Below, piece after piece: positions 25,162 to 33,732 of a DNA stretch of 49,247 nt; positions within the stretch are counted from its first letter, which is position 1, and each line of letters begins with the position of its first letter. The DNA comes from an uncultured Candidatus Saccharibacteria bacterium (GTDB lineage Bacteria > Patescibacteriota > Minisyncoccia > UBA6257 > 2-01-FULL-56-20): the NCBI GenBank assembly GCA_964409535.1, contig CAYPDQ010000002.1:1-49247 (forward strand), in the 5' to 3' direction. The notes under the pieces are model-generated. The model did no database searches. It was given only the letters and a program-made list of their open reading frames with translations, and had not been told where the DNA came from. Made by a program: the position numbers and the translations under genes.

Positions 25162-25269
25162 TGGGCCCCCTCTCTATTCTTGTTTAATTTTGAAGTGTCT
25201 AACGGCGAAACACGCTAGTATTTATCTTACTAAATCAAGTTATCCACATCCATAGTCCTTTGAGAGATA

Positions 25270-25275
25270 TAGAAT
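25270..25275 (+). promoter_or_regulatory. -10 box TAGAAT, 6 nt upstream of the 25282 start
   Basis: gataTAGAATtgaggtATG. Confidence 0.5.
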
Positions 25276-25281
25276 TGAGGT

Positions 25282-25908
25282 ATGAGACTTATATTGACTC
25301 GCCACGGAGAAACTCACGAAAACGTGAAAAAGATCTCTATGGGCCAAGGGGTTGACGGAATACTCAACGAACAGGGCATAGAGCAAGCAAAAAAATTAGC
25401 GAATCGCCTCAAAGACGAACGGATTGACTTTGCTTACATAAGCGATCTTAAAAGAGCTATCGATACGGCGGAAGAAATTCTTAAATTTCATTCACGCGTT
25501 GAAGCGATACATACACCCTATCTTCGCGAAAGAAATCTAGGAGTATATGAAGGAGGACCGAATACCGTATGGAAGGAAGTAATGCAGAAATCGTCTTTGC
25601 CGTTTCACTCTTTTCAACCACAAGGCGGCGAATCTTACAGTCAACTTCAAGAGCGCGTAGGAAAATTCTTTGATGAACTTCTATCTAAACATGGAAGTAA
25701 TTCAGTACTCCTCGTTAGTCATACTGGCGCCTTGACAATGCTTCTCCTAAAGATATTGGGTAAAGATATAACTCGCGAAAACTACGAGGAATATAAACCG
25801 GGGAATACTGCAGTAACGATTTGCGATGTCACACCAGAAGGATCATCCTTTATTCGCATCTTAAATAGCATTGAACATTTAGAAAAAGATATTTGTAACG
25901 CAGAATAA
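25282..25908 (+). CDS. histidine phosphatase family protein (PGAM-like)
   Basis: LILTRHGETHEN, ISDLKRA, LLVSHTGAL. Confidence 0.85.
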   Translation: MRLILTRHGETHENVKKISMGQGVDGILNEQGIEQAKKLANRLKDERIDFAYISDLKRAIDTAEEILKFHSRVEAIHTPYLRERNLGVYEGGPNTVWKEVMQKSSLPFHSFQPQGGESYSQLQERVGKFFDELLSKHGSNSVLLVSHTGALTMLLLKILGKDITRENYEEYKPGNTAVTICDVTPEGSSFIRILNSIEHLEKDICNAE

Positions 25909-26694
25909 TCACCTGCCGCGCTCGTAGCCGTTCTTTATCCGGCTCTTCCGCCACTTGATCTTCCTTATCTTCTCAAACAGGGGTTGGTAGATGTCTTCCC
26001 GCGGGTCCATCGTGAGTTCGCTCCGGTCTACTTTCTCTTTGAACTCGACCAGAGCGCCTGCCTGCCTGTCTGCGCAGGCAGGCGCAGACAGGCCGGTTAT
26101 GACCGCAAGCGGCTGCCGTTCCGCGCCCTCTCCCATAACCGCAACCGCCGCCGTCGCCAAACTGTCGGCGACATCGGTTCTCGTAAGTTTCAGTTTCCTC
26201 CCGAAGATATCCGGCGTGCCGCGGTAGTCCCGGACACCGCCAAAGCCGCTGTATCCCAAGGCGACGCCCACGACTCCCGCCCGGAGCGGCAAGAGGCGGC
26301 TGTCGCTTACGATGATGCCGAGATTCTTGACGCGGTAATGTTTTTTCAACCTCTCCCGCAACGCTCGCGCTGTCTTGAAACTATCCTTGGGTAGAAGGAC
26401 CATCTTTCCGTCCGCATTAGATTCGTCCACGCCGGCCGAAGACATCACCATATCGTCTTTGATGGTGAGCCAGGTGTATTTCGTCCGCATCGCCCACTGG
26501 CTTTCGGCCCTGATGAGGCGCTCTTTGGCACGCGGGCCGCTTTTCCCGCTCACCCGCCGCTCCGAGAGGGAGACGATTTTGGACGTTACGACGATAATGG
26601 AACCGTCTTTGACGCGTTTTACATAACGGATAATGAAGGGAACGAGCTGCTCCCCTTCCCGGAAAATACGCGTGCGCACGGCGCGGATAAGCAT
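25909..26694 (-). CDS. CofE-like F420-0:gamma-glutamyl ligase family protein
   Basis: SIIVVTSKIVSLSE, AGVDESNADGKMVLLP, IIVSDSRLLPLRAGVVGVALG, DSLATAAVAVMGEGAERQP. Confidence 0.7.
   Translation of the reverse strand: MLIRAVRTRIFREGEQLVPFIIRYVKRVKDGSIIVVTSKIVSLSERRVSGKSGPRAKERLIRAESQWAMRTKYTWLTIKDDMVMSSAGVDESNADGKMVLLPKDSFKTARALRERLKKHYRVKNLGIIVSDSRLLPLRAGVVGVALGYSGFGGVRDYRGTPDIFGRKLKLTRTDVADSLATAAVAVMGEGAERQPLAVITGLSAPACADRQAGALVEFKEKVDRSELTMDPREDIYQPLFEKIRKIKWRKSRIKNGYERGR
26064..26093. repeat. perfect 12-bp GC-rich hairpin inside the CofE-like gene
   Basis: gcctgtctgcgc (26064-26075), loop aggcag, gcgcagacaggc (26082-26093). It encodes part of LSAPACADRQAG. Confidence 0.8.
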
Positions 26695-26735
26695 TTCTAG
26701 ATTTTAACATCTGGTATAGAATTAGACCCACTGAT

Positions 26736-27152
26736 ATGGATCACGTCGGCGTTACGGTCGTTTATCTCTGCCACGATGGGAACGGGAACTTCCTGCTCAA
26801 CAAACGCAGCAACAATTGCCGCGACGAGCACGGCACATGGGATTGCGGCGGAGGCAGATTGGAGTTCGGGGATACTGTGGAAAACACGCTCAAGAAGGAA
26901 ATTGCCGAAGAATATTGTACCGACGTCATCAAATCGGAATTCCTAGGATTCCGGGACGTCCACCGCAATCACAATGGAGAACCCACCCACTGGATCGCGC
27001 TGGATTTCAAGGTCCTGGTGGACAGAGCGAAAGCGAAAAACGGCGAGCCCCACAAATTCGACGAGATCGGCTGGTTCAAAACTGATGCGCTCCCCCAGCC
27101 GCTTCACTCCCAGCTTCCGTTCTTCCTGGAAAAATATAGAGACAGAATATGA
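26736..27152 (+). CDS. NUDIX hydrolase
   Basis: NUDIX box GGGRLEFGDTVENTLKKEIAEEYC. Confidence 0.85.
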   Translation: MDHVGVTVVYLCHDGNGNFLLNKRSNNCRDEHGTWDCGGGRLEFGDTVENTLKKEIAEEYCTDVIKSEFLGFRDVHRNHNGEPTHWIALDFKVLVDRAKAKNGEPHKFDEIGWFKTDALPQPLHSQLPFFLEKYRDRI

Positions 27153-27162
27153 GCGAACAATA

Positions 27163-27789
27163 ATGGCGAAAAGAATTTTCCTGGGAACCGGCAACGAGGG
27201 GAAGATCGAGCGGTTCAAGAAGCTCCTTGCCGCGACCGGCTTGGAGCTGGAGATCCACACCCCGAAAGATTTCGGTTTGGAGAATATTGAGGCGCAAGAG
27301 AACGGAAAGACGCTTGCCGAAAACGCGGAGATCAAAGCGCAGGCCTACTTCGGGAAGGTTGATATGCCCATTTTGACGAACGATACCGGCTTCTGGGTGG
27401 AGGGAGAGGGTTTTGTTGACGCGCCAAAGCGGAAAGCGCTAAACGGAGCAGATGAAAAGGATCTAAGCAAAGAAGAGATCGCCTCCGCCCTCTTGGAATT
27501 CTGGAAGAGTGTCGCAAGAAAACATGGAGGAAAAGTGAATGCGGCGTGGATTGAGGCATTTGTTCTCTTGGATCCCGACGGGATGATGCATACCGCTGAC
27601 TCGCGCAGAGAAGTGATCTTAACCGACCAGGAATTTGGGAATTCCCACATCCAGATGCCGGTTCGGGCGCTTTACGTTTCCAAAGCGACCAATAAACCGG
27701 CAGTTCAACACTCCAAAGAAGAAGAGCTCCTGGAACTGAAGCCGGTCACGGATGCTTTGGTTAATGTTCTATCTGATGGTGTAAACTAA
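27163..27789 (+). CDS. HAM1/RdgB-like non-canonical NTP pyrophosphatase (divergent)
   Basis: IFLGTGNEGKIERF, ENGKTLAENAEIKAQAY, NDTGFWV. Start set at the ATG at 27163, just after the NUDIX stop. The upstream part of the track ORF overlaps the NUDIX gene out of frame. Confidence 0.6.
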   Translation: MAKRIFLGTGNEGKIERFKKLLAATGLELEIHTPKDFGLENIEAQENGKTLAENAEIKAQAYFGKVDMPILTNDTGFWVEGEGFVDAPKRKALNGADEKDLSKEEIASALLEFWKSVARKHGGKVNAAWIEAFVLLDPDGMMHTADSRREVILTDQEFGNSHIQMPVRALYVSKATNKPAVQHSKEEELLELKPVTDALVNVLSDGVN

Positions 27790-27794
27790 CCGAC

Positions 27795-28451
27795 GTGAAC
27801 AAAGTCAAGATCGTTCAAAAAACAAAACAGTACGTCCGCGCGAAGTTTAAGGAAGAAGGAACCGGCCACGATTGGTGGCATGTTGAGCGAGTGCTTAAAA
27901 GCGCCCTCGCGATCGCCAAAAAAGAAAAAGGCGCGGATCTATTCATAGTCCAACTCGGCGCTCTTCTTCACGATATTGCGGATTTCAAGTTCCACGGCGG
28001 AGACGACACAGCCGGCGGAAAAGCGGCCGCCAAGTGGCTGCGAAGCATAGGTGCTGACGAGTCCACTATCAAAAAAGTGGTCCATATCGTAGACAACGTA
28101 TCTTTTAAGGGGCTCTTGGTTAAATCAAAAATGGAAAGCTTGGAAGGCAAGATAGTGCAGGACGCAGACCGCTTGGACGCAATAGGCGCGATCGGCATCG
28201 CCCGAGCCTTCGCCTACGGCGGATACAAAAACCGGCCGTTATACGATCCCTGCGTAAAAGCGAAAAAGCATAAAAGCTTTGAAGAGTACAAAAAACACAA
28301 TACTTCAACGCTCCACCACTTCTATGAAAAAATCCTGCACCTCAAGGGCCTGATGAATACCAAAACCGGCAGGAAGATGGCCCTGCAAAGACACAAGTTT
28401 TTGGAAGCATACCTCGAACAATTCCACGCCGAGTGGCGAGGATTAAAATAA
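27795..28451 (+). CDS. HD-domain phosphohydrolase
   Basis: HDWWHVERV ... ALLHDIAD ... DADRLDAIGAIG. Confidence 0.85.
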   Translation: MNKVKIVQKTKQYVRAKFKEEGTGHDWWHVERVLKSALAIAKKEKGADLFIVQLGALLHDIADFKFHGGDDTAGGKAAAKWLRSIGADESTIKKVVHIVDNVSFKGLLVKSKMESLEGKIVQDADRLDAIGAIGIARAFAYGGYKNRPLYDPCVKAKKHKSFEEYKKHNTSTLHHFYEKILHLKGLMNTKTGRKMALQRHKFLEAYLEQFHAEWRGLK

Positions 28452-28455
28452 AAGG

Positions 28456-29052
28456 ATGATCGAAATTGAGAAAAATTTTGACCTGCAGCCGGGCGACAAG
28501 GAACGCCTGATCCGGGACGCGGAATTGCTGGGTAAGAAATCCTTTACGGACGTTTATTACGATAACGCCTCATACGACTTGACCGGTGGGGACTTTTGGC
28601 TGCGCGAGCGGGACGGCCGGTTTGAACTAAAAGTACCTCTGAACGAGAAAGGAGAAAGCCGCGCGGCTACCGACCGCTATAAGGAACTGGAAAGCGACGA
28701 AGAGATAGGCCGCGAGCTCGGTTTGGATTTAAGCGGCAAAGACCTTCGCCGTGCCTTGGCCGAATTGGGGTACTCCCCTTTCGCAACCATAACCACGGAA
28801 AGAGAACAATATCGTAAGGAGGATTTCCATTTGGATTTTGACGAGGTTCCCGCCTTGAACTATACCACTACGGAGATAGAACTTATGATGAATACGCCGG
28901 AAGAAACCCCTGCCGCCGAGGAGCGAATTCTCCAATTTGCAAAGCAACATGGCCTCGTGAACCCCGGCCACGGCAAGGTGATCGAATACCTCCGGCGCCA
29001 CAACCCTCCCCATCTTCAACTTCTAAAAGAAAAAGGCGTAGTACGAGATTAA
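28456..29052 (+). CDS. CYTH-domain (triphosphate tunnel metalloenzyme) protein
   Basis: N-terminal IEIEKNF (the ExExK motif), DVYYD, WLRERDGRFELKV, FHLDFDEV...TEIEL. Confidence 0.75.
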   Translation: MIEIEKNFDLQPGDKERLIRDAELLGKKSFTDVYYDNASYDLTGGDFWLRERDGRFELKVPLNEKGESRAATDRYKELESDEEIGRELGLDLSGKDLRRALAELGYSPFATITTEREQYRKEDFHLDFDEVPALNYTTTEIELMMNTPEETPAAEERILQFAKQHGLVNPGHGKVIEYLRRHNPPHLQLLKEKGVVRD

Positions 29053-29061
29053 CTAACTACG

Positions 29062-30267
29062 ATGGAAACCAACGAGAATCGGCCCGGAAAGAGAAACGTG
29101 TTTTTCGTCGGGCTTTTGAGCTTCTTCGGCGGCATCAGCCAAGATATCTTTGCTCCCATCCTGCCGATCTACCTCACCGCCGTCCTGGGCTTCGACAAAA
29201 CCTTCGTCGGCGTCGCTGAAGGCATAGTCACCGCTAGCGCCAATATCTCCAAAGTCGCAGCCGGTTTCTTTTCCGACAAGTTCAAAAAGCAGAAACCGAT
29301 CATTTTCGCGGGATATTTTCTGTCCATGCTCGGCCGACCGCTTTTGGCTTTCTTCACTTCCAGCGCCACGGTTCTGGGACTGCGGCTCCTGGACGGCACG
29401 GGTAAGGGCGTCAAAGACCCGCCCAAGGACGTCCTCATAGCCGGTTCCGCCGAAAAAAGCACGCGCGGCCGGAGCTTCGGCGTCGCGAGGATGCTGGATA
29501 CTTTGGGCTCCGTCGCCGGCCCCTTGCTTCTCTTCCTTCTGCTCTATCTCTTCCAAAATGATCCCGCGCTTTACCGCTACATTTTGCTCTTCTCCGCGCT
29601 GCCGCTCCTCATCACTCTCTTCGTGCTCACGACAAAAGTCAGGGAGGTCCCGCACCGCGAGGACGAACCTGGCGCAACGCCGGCTGCGGCCACAAAACCG
29701 CCGAAATCGTTCTATCTGTTCCTCGCCATCGCCGTTCTTTTCACCCTCGGCAACTCCTCGGACGCCTTCCTGATCCTGCGGGCCAGGAACCTGGGAGTGA
29801 CGCTCCTTGAGATACCGATCGTGATCGCGCTCTTCAACCTGGTGTACGCTCTGGCGGCGGTTCCTTTCGGCTCGCTCTCCGACAAGATCGGGCGCATCCC
29901 GACCCTCTTGATCGGCTGGGCCGCTTACGCGCTCGTTTACCTGGGCTTTGCCGTGGCCGCACAGGCATCTCTCGTCTGGCTTCTCTACGGACTCTACGGC
30001 GTTTATTACGCGACGAGCGAAGGGGTCGCCAAGGCCTTTTTGGCCGATATCGTAAGTCCGGAGTACCGCGGCCGCGCTTTCGGCATATACGGCACGAGCG
30101 TCGGCCTTGCCACCCTGCCGGCAAGTTTCGCAGCCGGAGTTCTGTGGGACAAGTTCGGGCCGCAGGCACCGTTCTACTTCGGGGCCGGAATGGCCGCCGC
30201 GGCAGCGGTTCTTCTCCTTTTGTTCTTCCAGGGGATGAGAGATACTAAAGAAGCAAATCCCCGATGA
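29062..30267 (+). CDS. MFS transporter
   Basis: 401 aa, about 12 TM segments, with a loop 2-3 motif (LLDGTGKGVKDP) and a second-half repeat. Confidence 0.85.
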   Translation: METNENRPGKRNVFFVGLLSFFGGISQDIFAPILPIYLTAVLGFDKTFVGVAEGIVTASANISKVAAGFFSDKFKKQKPIIFAGYFLSMLGRPLLAFFTSSATVLGLRLLDGTGKGVKDPPKDVLIAGSAEKSTRGRSFGVARMLDTLGSVAGPLLLFLLLYLFQNDPALYRYILLFSALPLLITLFVLTTKVREVPHREDEPGATPAAATKPPKSFYLFLAIAVLFTLGNSSDAFLILRARNLGVTLLEIPIVIALFNLVYALAAVPFGSLSDKIGRIPTLLIGWAAYALVYLGFAVAAQASLVWLLYGLYGVYYATSEGVAKAFLADIVSPEYRGRAFGIYGTSVGLATLPASFAAGVLWDKFGPQAPFYFGAGMAAAAAVLLLLFFQGMRDTKEANPR

Positions 30268-30728
30268 AAAGGAAATTTCTTGCAACCCTGACGGCGCTTC
30301 TCATCCTCGGCGGCGGCATCGGCCTCGGCTGGTACATCCGCAATCAAACGCTGAATCCGAAAGCATCCGTCCCCAACGTCTTGGAGCGCGTCTTATCGTT
30401 TTTCGTCAAACAGGGAGAAAAAGAGGAAGACGACCTGCTTTACTACGACACCGGGTTGATCGACTTCATAGCCAACGGCAGCCAGAAGACGAAAGTATCG
30501 GTTGAGGGCGTCGTGGATAAGGTCGCGGAGCAGCCGGACGGCGATTACCATATCATCATCCGTCCGCCGTATCTCCCACTGCCGGTTCTCGTCACCGAAG
30601 CCATCCCGGAAATAAAACTGCCCTTGCCCAAGGAAGGCGATCGCATAAAGATCTGGGGCATCGTGCGGTTCGATATACTGCACAACTGGTGGGAGATCCA
30701 CCCCGTCATCGGCTGGGAAAAGCTGTAG
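30264..30728 (+). CDS. membrane-anchored hypothetical protein
   Basis: 154 aa with a single N-terminal TM segment. Its start overlaps the MFS stop by 4 nt. Confidence 0.45.
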   Translation: MKRKFLATLTALLILGGGIGLGWYIRNQTLNPKASVPNVLERVLSFFVKQGEKEEDDLLYYDTGLIDFIANGSQKTKVSVEGVVDKVAEQPDGDYHIIIRPPYLPLPVLVTEAIPEIKLPLPKEGDRIKIWGIVRFDILHNWWEIHPVIGWEKL

Positions 30729-30749
30729 GGCACTATGACCGGCGTGCGG

Positions 30750-30755
30750 TATAAT
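30750..30755 (+). promoter_or_regulatory. -10 box TATAAT, 6 nt upstream of the ATG at 30762
   Basis: gcggTATAATcaaagcATG. Compare TATAATcaagc at 35390 and 36153. Confidence 0.55.
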
Positions 30756-30761
30756 CAAAGC

Positions 30762-31532
30762 ATGCGAACTCACGCCAAAGCAGGAGGTAAAGTTGCCTTG
30801 ATTACCGGCGGCGCGTCCGGCATCGGCAAGGCGATCGCCGAGGTTTTTGTTGCTAATGGCGCGAGGGTAGCGGCAGTTGATCTGTTCCAAAAGAAGCTGA
30901 AAACCAACGACCGCCTGTATTTTATAAAAGCCGACGTCAGCAGGGAAAACGAGGTCAAGCGCGCTTTGCAGAAAACGAAGCGCCTTTTCGGCAAGATAGA
31001 CGTAGTCGTGAACAATGCGGGCGTCTGGGGGAAGCAGGAAATCAAAAACCTCACCGAGAAAGAGCTTGACCGCATCTTTGACATCAACGCCAAAGGCGTG
31101 TTCTGGGGAATGAAGCACGCTTTTCCCTACTTGAAGCGTCCCGCAAGCCGCAAAAAAGTCGGCGGCAAGGGCGTGATTTTAAACATTGCCTCCATCGCCG
31201 GCCTTGTTTCCGAAAAGGGCTGGCTCCCTTACGGCGTGTCCAAGGCCGCGGTCATTACCGCAACGAAAGTGGCGGCGCTGGAGTACGGTGAATACGGCAT
31301 CCGGGTGAACGCCATCGCACCGGGAGCCGTCGCCACCCCGATGGTGCTCAACGAAAAACAACTGAATAACCCGCCGTCCGACCCATGGATCAACTCTCTG
31401 CCGATCCCGCGCTACGGCAGACCGGAAGACATCGCTGCCTTGGCGTTATTTCTATGCTCCGACGAAGCCGACTATATAACCGGCAGCATCTACAACATTG
31501 ACGGCGGGGCGCTCTCCGGCTGGCTGGAGTAG
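30762..31532 (+). CDS. SDR-family oxidoreductase
   Basis: TGGASGIGKA, NNAG, S...YGVSKAA catalytic motif. Start refined to 30762 from the -10 position; the track start is 30735. Confidence 0.9.
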   Translation: MRTHAKAGGKVALITGGASGIGKAIAEVFVANGARVAAVDLFQKKLKTNDRLYFIKADVSRENEVKRALQKTKRLFGKIDVVVNNAGVWGKQEIKNLTEKELDRIFDINAKGVFWGMKHAFPYLKRPASRKKVGGKGVILNIASIAGLVSEKGWLPYGVSKAAVITATKVAALEYGEYGIRVNAIAPGAVATPMVLNEKQLNNPPSDPWINSLPIPRYGRPEDIAALALFLCSDEADYITGSIYNIDGGALSGWLE

Positions 31533-31534
31533 AT

Positions 31535-32815
31535 ATGAAAAAGCTTCTCCTCGCGTCCAACGGAACTTTCCTGATCGAACAGGGATATGGCCTACTCGGC
31601 GTTCCTCTGGCGCAGATTAAAATAGGGTACGTAACAACCGCCTCCAAGGGAGCGGAAAGCACCGCTTATCTTGAACGACACAAAAAGGCAATGACAGAGC
31701 GCGGCTACAATTTTGAAGAGACAGATATCGAAGGGAAGGGTGAGCAAGAGCTTCGTGATTTCTTCAAAGACAAAAATGTTATTCACGTAGAGGGTGGCAA
31801 CACTTTTTACTTGTTGAAAGCCGTAAAAGAAACTGGCTTTGACAAAATCCTTAAAGACCTGATCGATCAGGGCAAAATATACGTGGGGACGAGCGCCGGC
31901 GCCTATATCGCCTGCCCCACGATTGAGGTGTCCACATGGGGGCCGAACCAAAAAGACCGTTATGGCGTTACCGACTTTACTGCACTGAATCTTGTACCAT
32001 TTCTCCTCAAGGCCCACTACACCGACGATATGAAAGAGTTAATCAAAGAAAGAGCAGCGCAGTCCAAATACCCTGTTAGGGTCCTAAAAGACGGCCAGGG
32101 AATCTTAGTAGAAAACGGCTCCTATCGCTTCGTCGGCGAAGGTGAGGAAGTAAATACTTCAGATATGCATCAACCCTTCATAGATTGGGCCAAGGGCCAA
32201 CTGGGCGGCAATGTCTCTGCAGATAAAGAAGAATACGGTGATGTAAGTACCGTCTACCGGCTCCGCTCGCCCAAAGGAATCTATTTCCTGAAAGTAGGAA
32301 GCGATTTGGACAAGGAGCGCGAACGCCTGAAGTGGCTGGACGGCAAATTGCCCGTTCCAAAAATTGTCGGCTTTACGCATATGGAAGACAAAGATCTACT
32401 TCTGCTTTCGGCAATAGAAGGCGTGAACCTCGCCGAGCTCTGTAAGAGTTGGCCGGCTGGTAAGGTCGTAGACAAGCTGGTCGGGGCACTGCGCAGTTTC
32501 CATGCCCTGAACCCGGCGAGTTGTCCCTTTGGCAACCCCGGGCCGGGCAAGATATTGATACACGGCGACGCTTGCCTGCCCAACTTTATCTTCCAGGGTG
32601 ACGAATTTTCCGGCTATGTGGACTTGGGGAACGTGCGAGTGGACGATCCGGAAGTGGATTTCTCCGCCGCGGTTTGGAGCTTGAACTATAATCTCGGGCC
32701 GGGACACGAAGCAGAATTCCTTAAAAAATACGGGGTGAGTGACGTCACGGAGGAACTCGTGGAACGGCTGCGTTTGCGATACGAAGAAATGCAGAAAGAG
32801 TGGGATTTGATTTAA
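31535..32815 (+). CDS. fusion protein: peptidase S51 (dipeptidase E-like) N-domain + APH(3')-like aminoglycoside phosphotransferase C-domain
   Basis: N-terminal domain: IHVEGGNTFYLL and YVGTSAGAYIACP. C-terminal domain: VYRL...YFLKV, IHGDACLPNFIF, YVDLGNVRVDDPEVDF. Confidence 0.75.
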   Translation: MKKLLLASNGTFLIEQGYGLLGVPLAQIKIGYVTTASKGAESTAYLERHKKAMTERGYNFEETDIEGKGEQELRDFFKDKNVIHVEGGNTFYLLKAVKETGFDKILKDLIDQGKIYVGTSAGAYIACPTIEVSTWGPNQKDRYGVTDFTALNLVPFLLKAHYTDDMKELIKERAAQSKYPVRVLKDGQGILVENGSYRFVGEGEEVNTSDMHQPFIDWAKGQLGGNVSADKEEYGDVSTVYRLRSPKGIYFLKVGSDLDKERERLKWLDGKLPVPKIVGFTHMEDKDLLLLSAIEGVNLAELCKSWPAGKVVDKLVGALRSFHALNPASCPFGNPGPGKILIHGDACLPNFIFQGDEFSGYVDLGNVRVDDPEVDFSAAVWSLNYNLGPGHEAEFLKKYGVSDVTEELVERLRLRYEEMQKEWDLI

Positions 32816-32845
32816 TTTGAAGTCGCGCACTCGTCACATTCGTAC

Positions 32846-32851
32846 TAAAAT
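32846..32851 (+). promoter_or_regulatory. -10 box TAAAAT, 6 nt upstream of the 32858 start
   Basis: gtacTAAAATccactcATG. Confidence 0.5.
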
Positions 32852-32857
32852 CCACTC

Positions 32858-33493
32858 ATGAAAATCACTAAATTCGGGCATTGCTGCCTACTCGTAGAAG
32901 AAAACGGCGCGAGAATCCTCACTGACCCGGGGATTTATTCAACCAGTCAGAATGACGCGAAAAATATTGATGTGGTGTTGATCACTCACGAACATCCAGA
33001 CCATCTGCACATTGATTCGCTTAAGACGGTTTTGAAAAATAACCCACAGGCGAAGGTAATTACCAACAAAAGTGTCGGTGCGCTTTTGGATAAAGAGGGT
33101 ATCGCTTACAGCACACTGGAAGGCGGCCAGAGTGAGAATGAAAAAGGAGTTCTAATAGAGGGCTTCGGCGACAAGCACGCGGTTATGCATCCCTCAATTC
33201 CGCAAAGCCAGAACACTGGCTACTTCATCGCCAATCGCCTTTTCTACCCCGGCGACGCGCTTACGAACCCCGGCAAAGAAGTTGAAATTCTTGCCCTGCC
33301 GGTTGCCGGGCCGTGGCTCAAACTTTCGGAGGCAGTTGACTACGCTTTGGAACTCAAACCTCGAATCTCTTTCCCGGTGCACGAAGGCATCTTGAAATCC
33401 CCCGGCTCAACTCACCGCATCCCGCCGCAGATTTTGGAGCCGAAAGGGATAAAATTCACGGTCTTAGAGATTGATAAAGAATACGAGTTCTAG
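32858..33493 (+). CDS. MBL-fold metallo-hydrolase
   Basis: VLITHEHPDHL motif. 211 aa. Confidence 0.85.
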   Translation: MKITKFGHCCLLVEENGARILTDPGIYSTSQNDAKNIDVVLITHEHPDHLHIDSLKTVLKNNPQAKVITNKSVGALLDKEGIAYSTLEGGQSENEKGVLIEGFGDKHAVMHPSIPQSQNTGYFIANRLFYPGDALTNPGKEVEILALPVAGPWLKLSEAVDYALELKPRISFPVHEGILKSPGSTHRIPPQILEPKGIKFTVLEIDKEYEF

Positions 33494-33549
33494 ATGACCA
33501 AAGCAATTTTCTTTGACATAGAGAATCCGTTTTGCTAACGTTAGGCGCA

Positions 33550-33723
33550 ATGAGCACCGTAACCACCAAAAAGGAATACGAAGCGCTTTTGGCACTCAAG
33601 CGTATAAGGGAATTCACCCCTACCGCGTCCCAAAAGAAAGCACTCCTTCGCGCCGAAAACAATTTCCGCAAAGGAAAAACCCTTTCCTACCGCCTACTTG
33701 CCCAGAAACGGAGCGCGGCGTAG
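33550..33723 (+). CDS. small hypothetical protein (57 aa)
   Basis: MSTVTTKKEYEALLALKRIREF...KKALLRAENNFRKGKTLSY. No family assigned. Confidence 0.3.
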   Translation: MSTVTTKKEYEALLALKRIREFTPTASQKKALLRAENNFRKGKTLSYRLLAQKRSAA

Positions 33724-33726
33724 AAT
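33721..33726 (+). promoter_or_regulatory. -10 box TAGAAT, 6 nt upstream of the 33733 start
   Basis: gcgTAGAATcaaaatATG. Confidence 0.5.
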
Positions 33727-33732
33727 CAAAAT

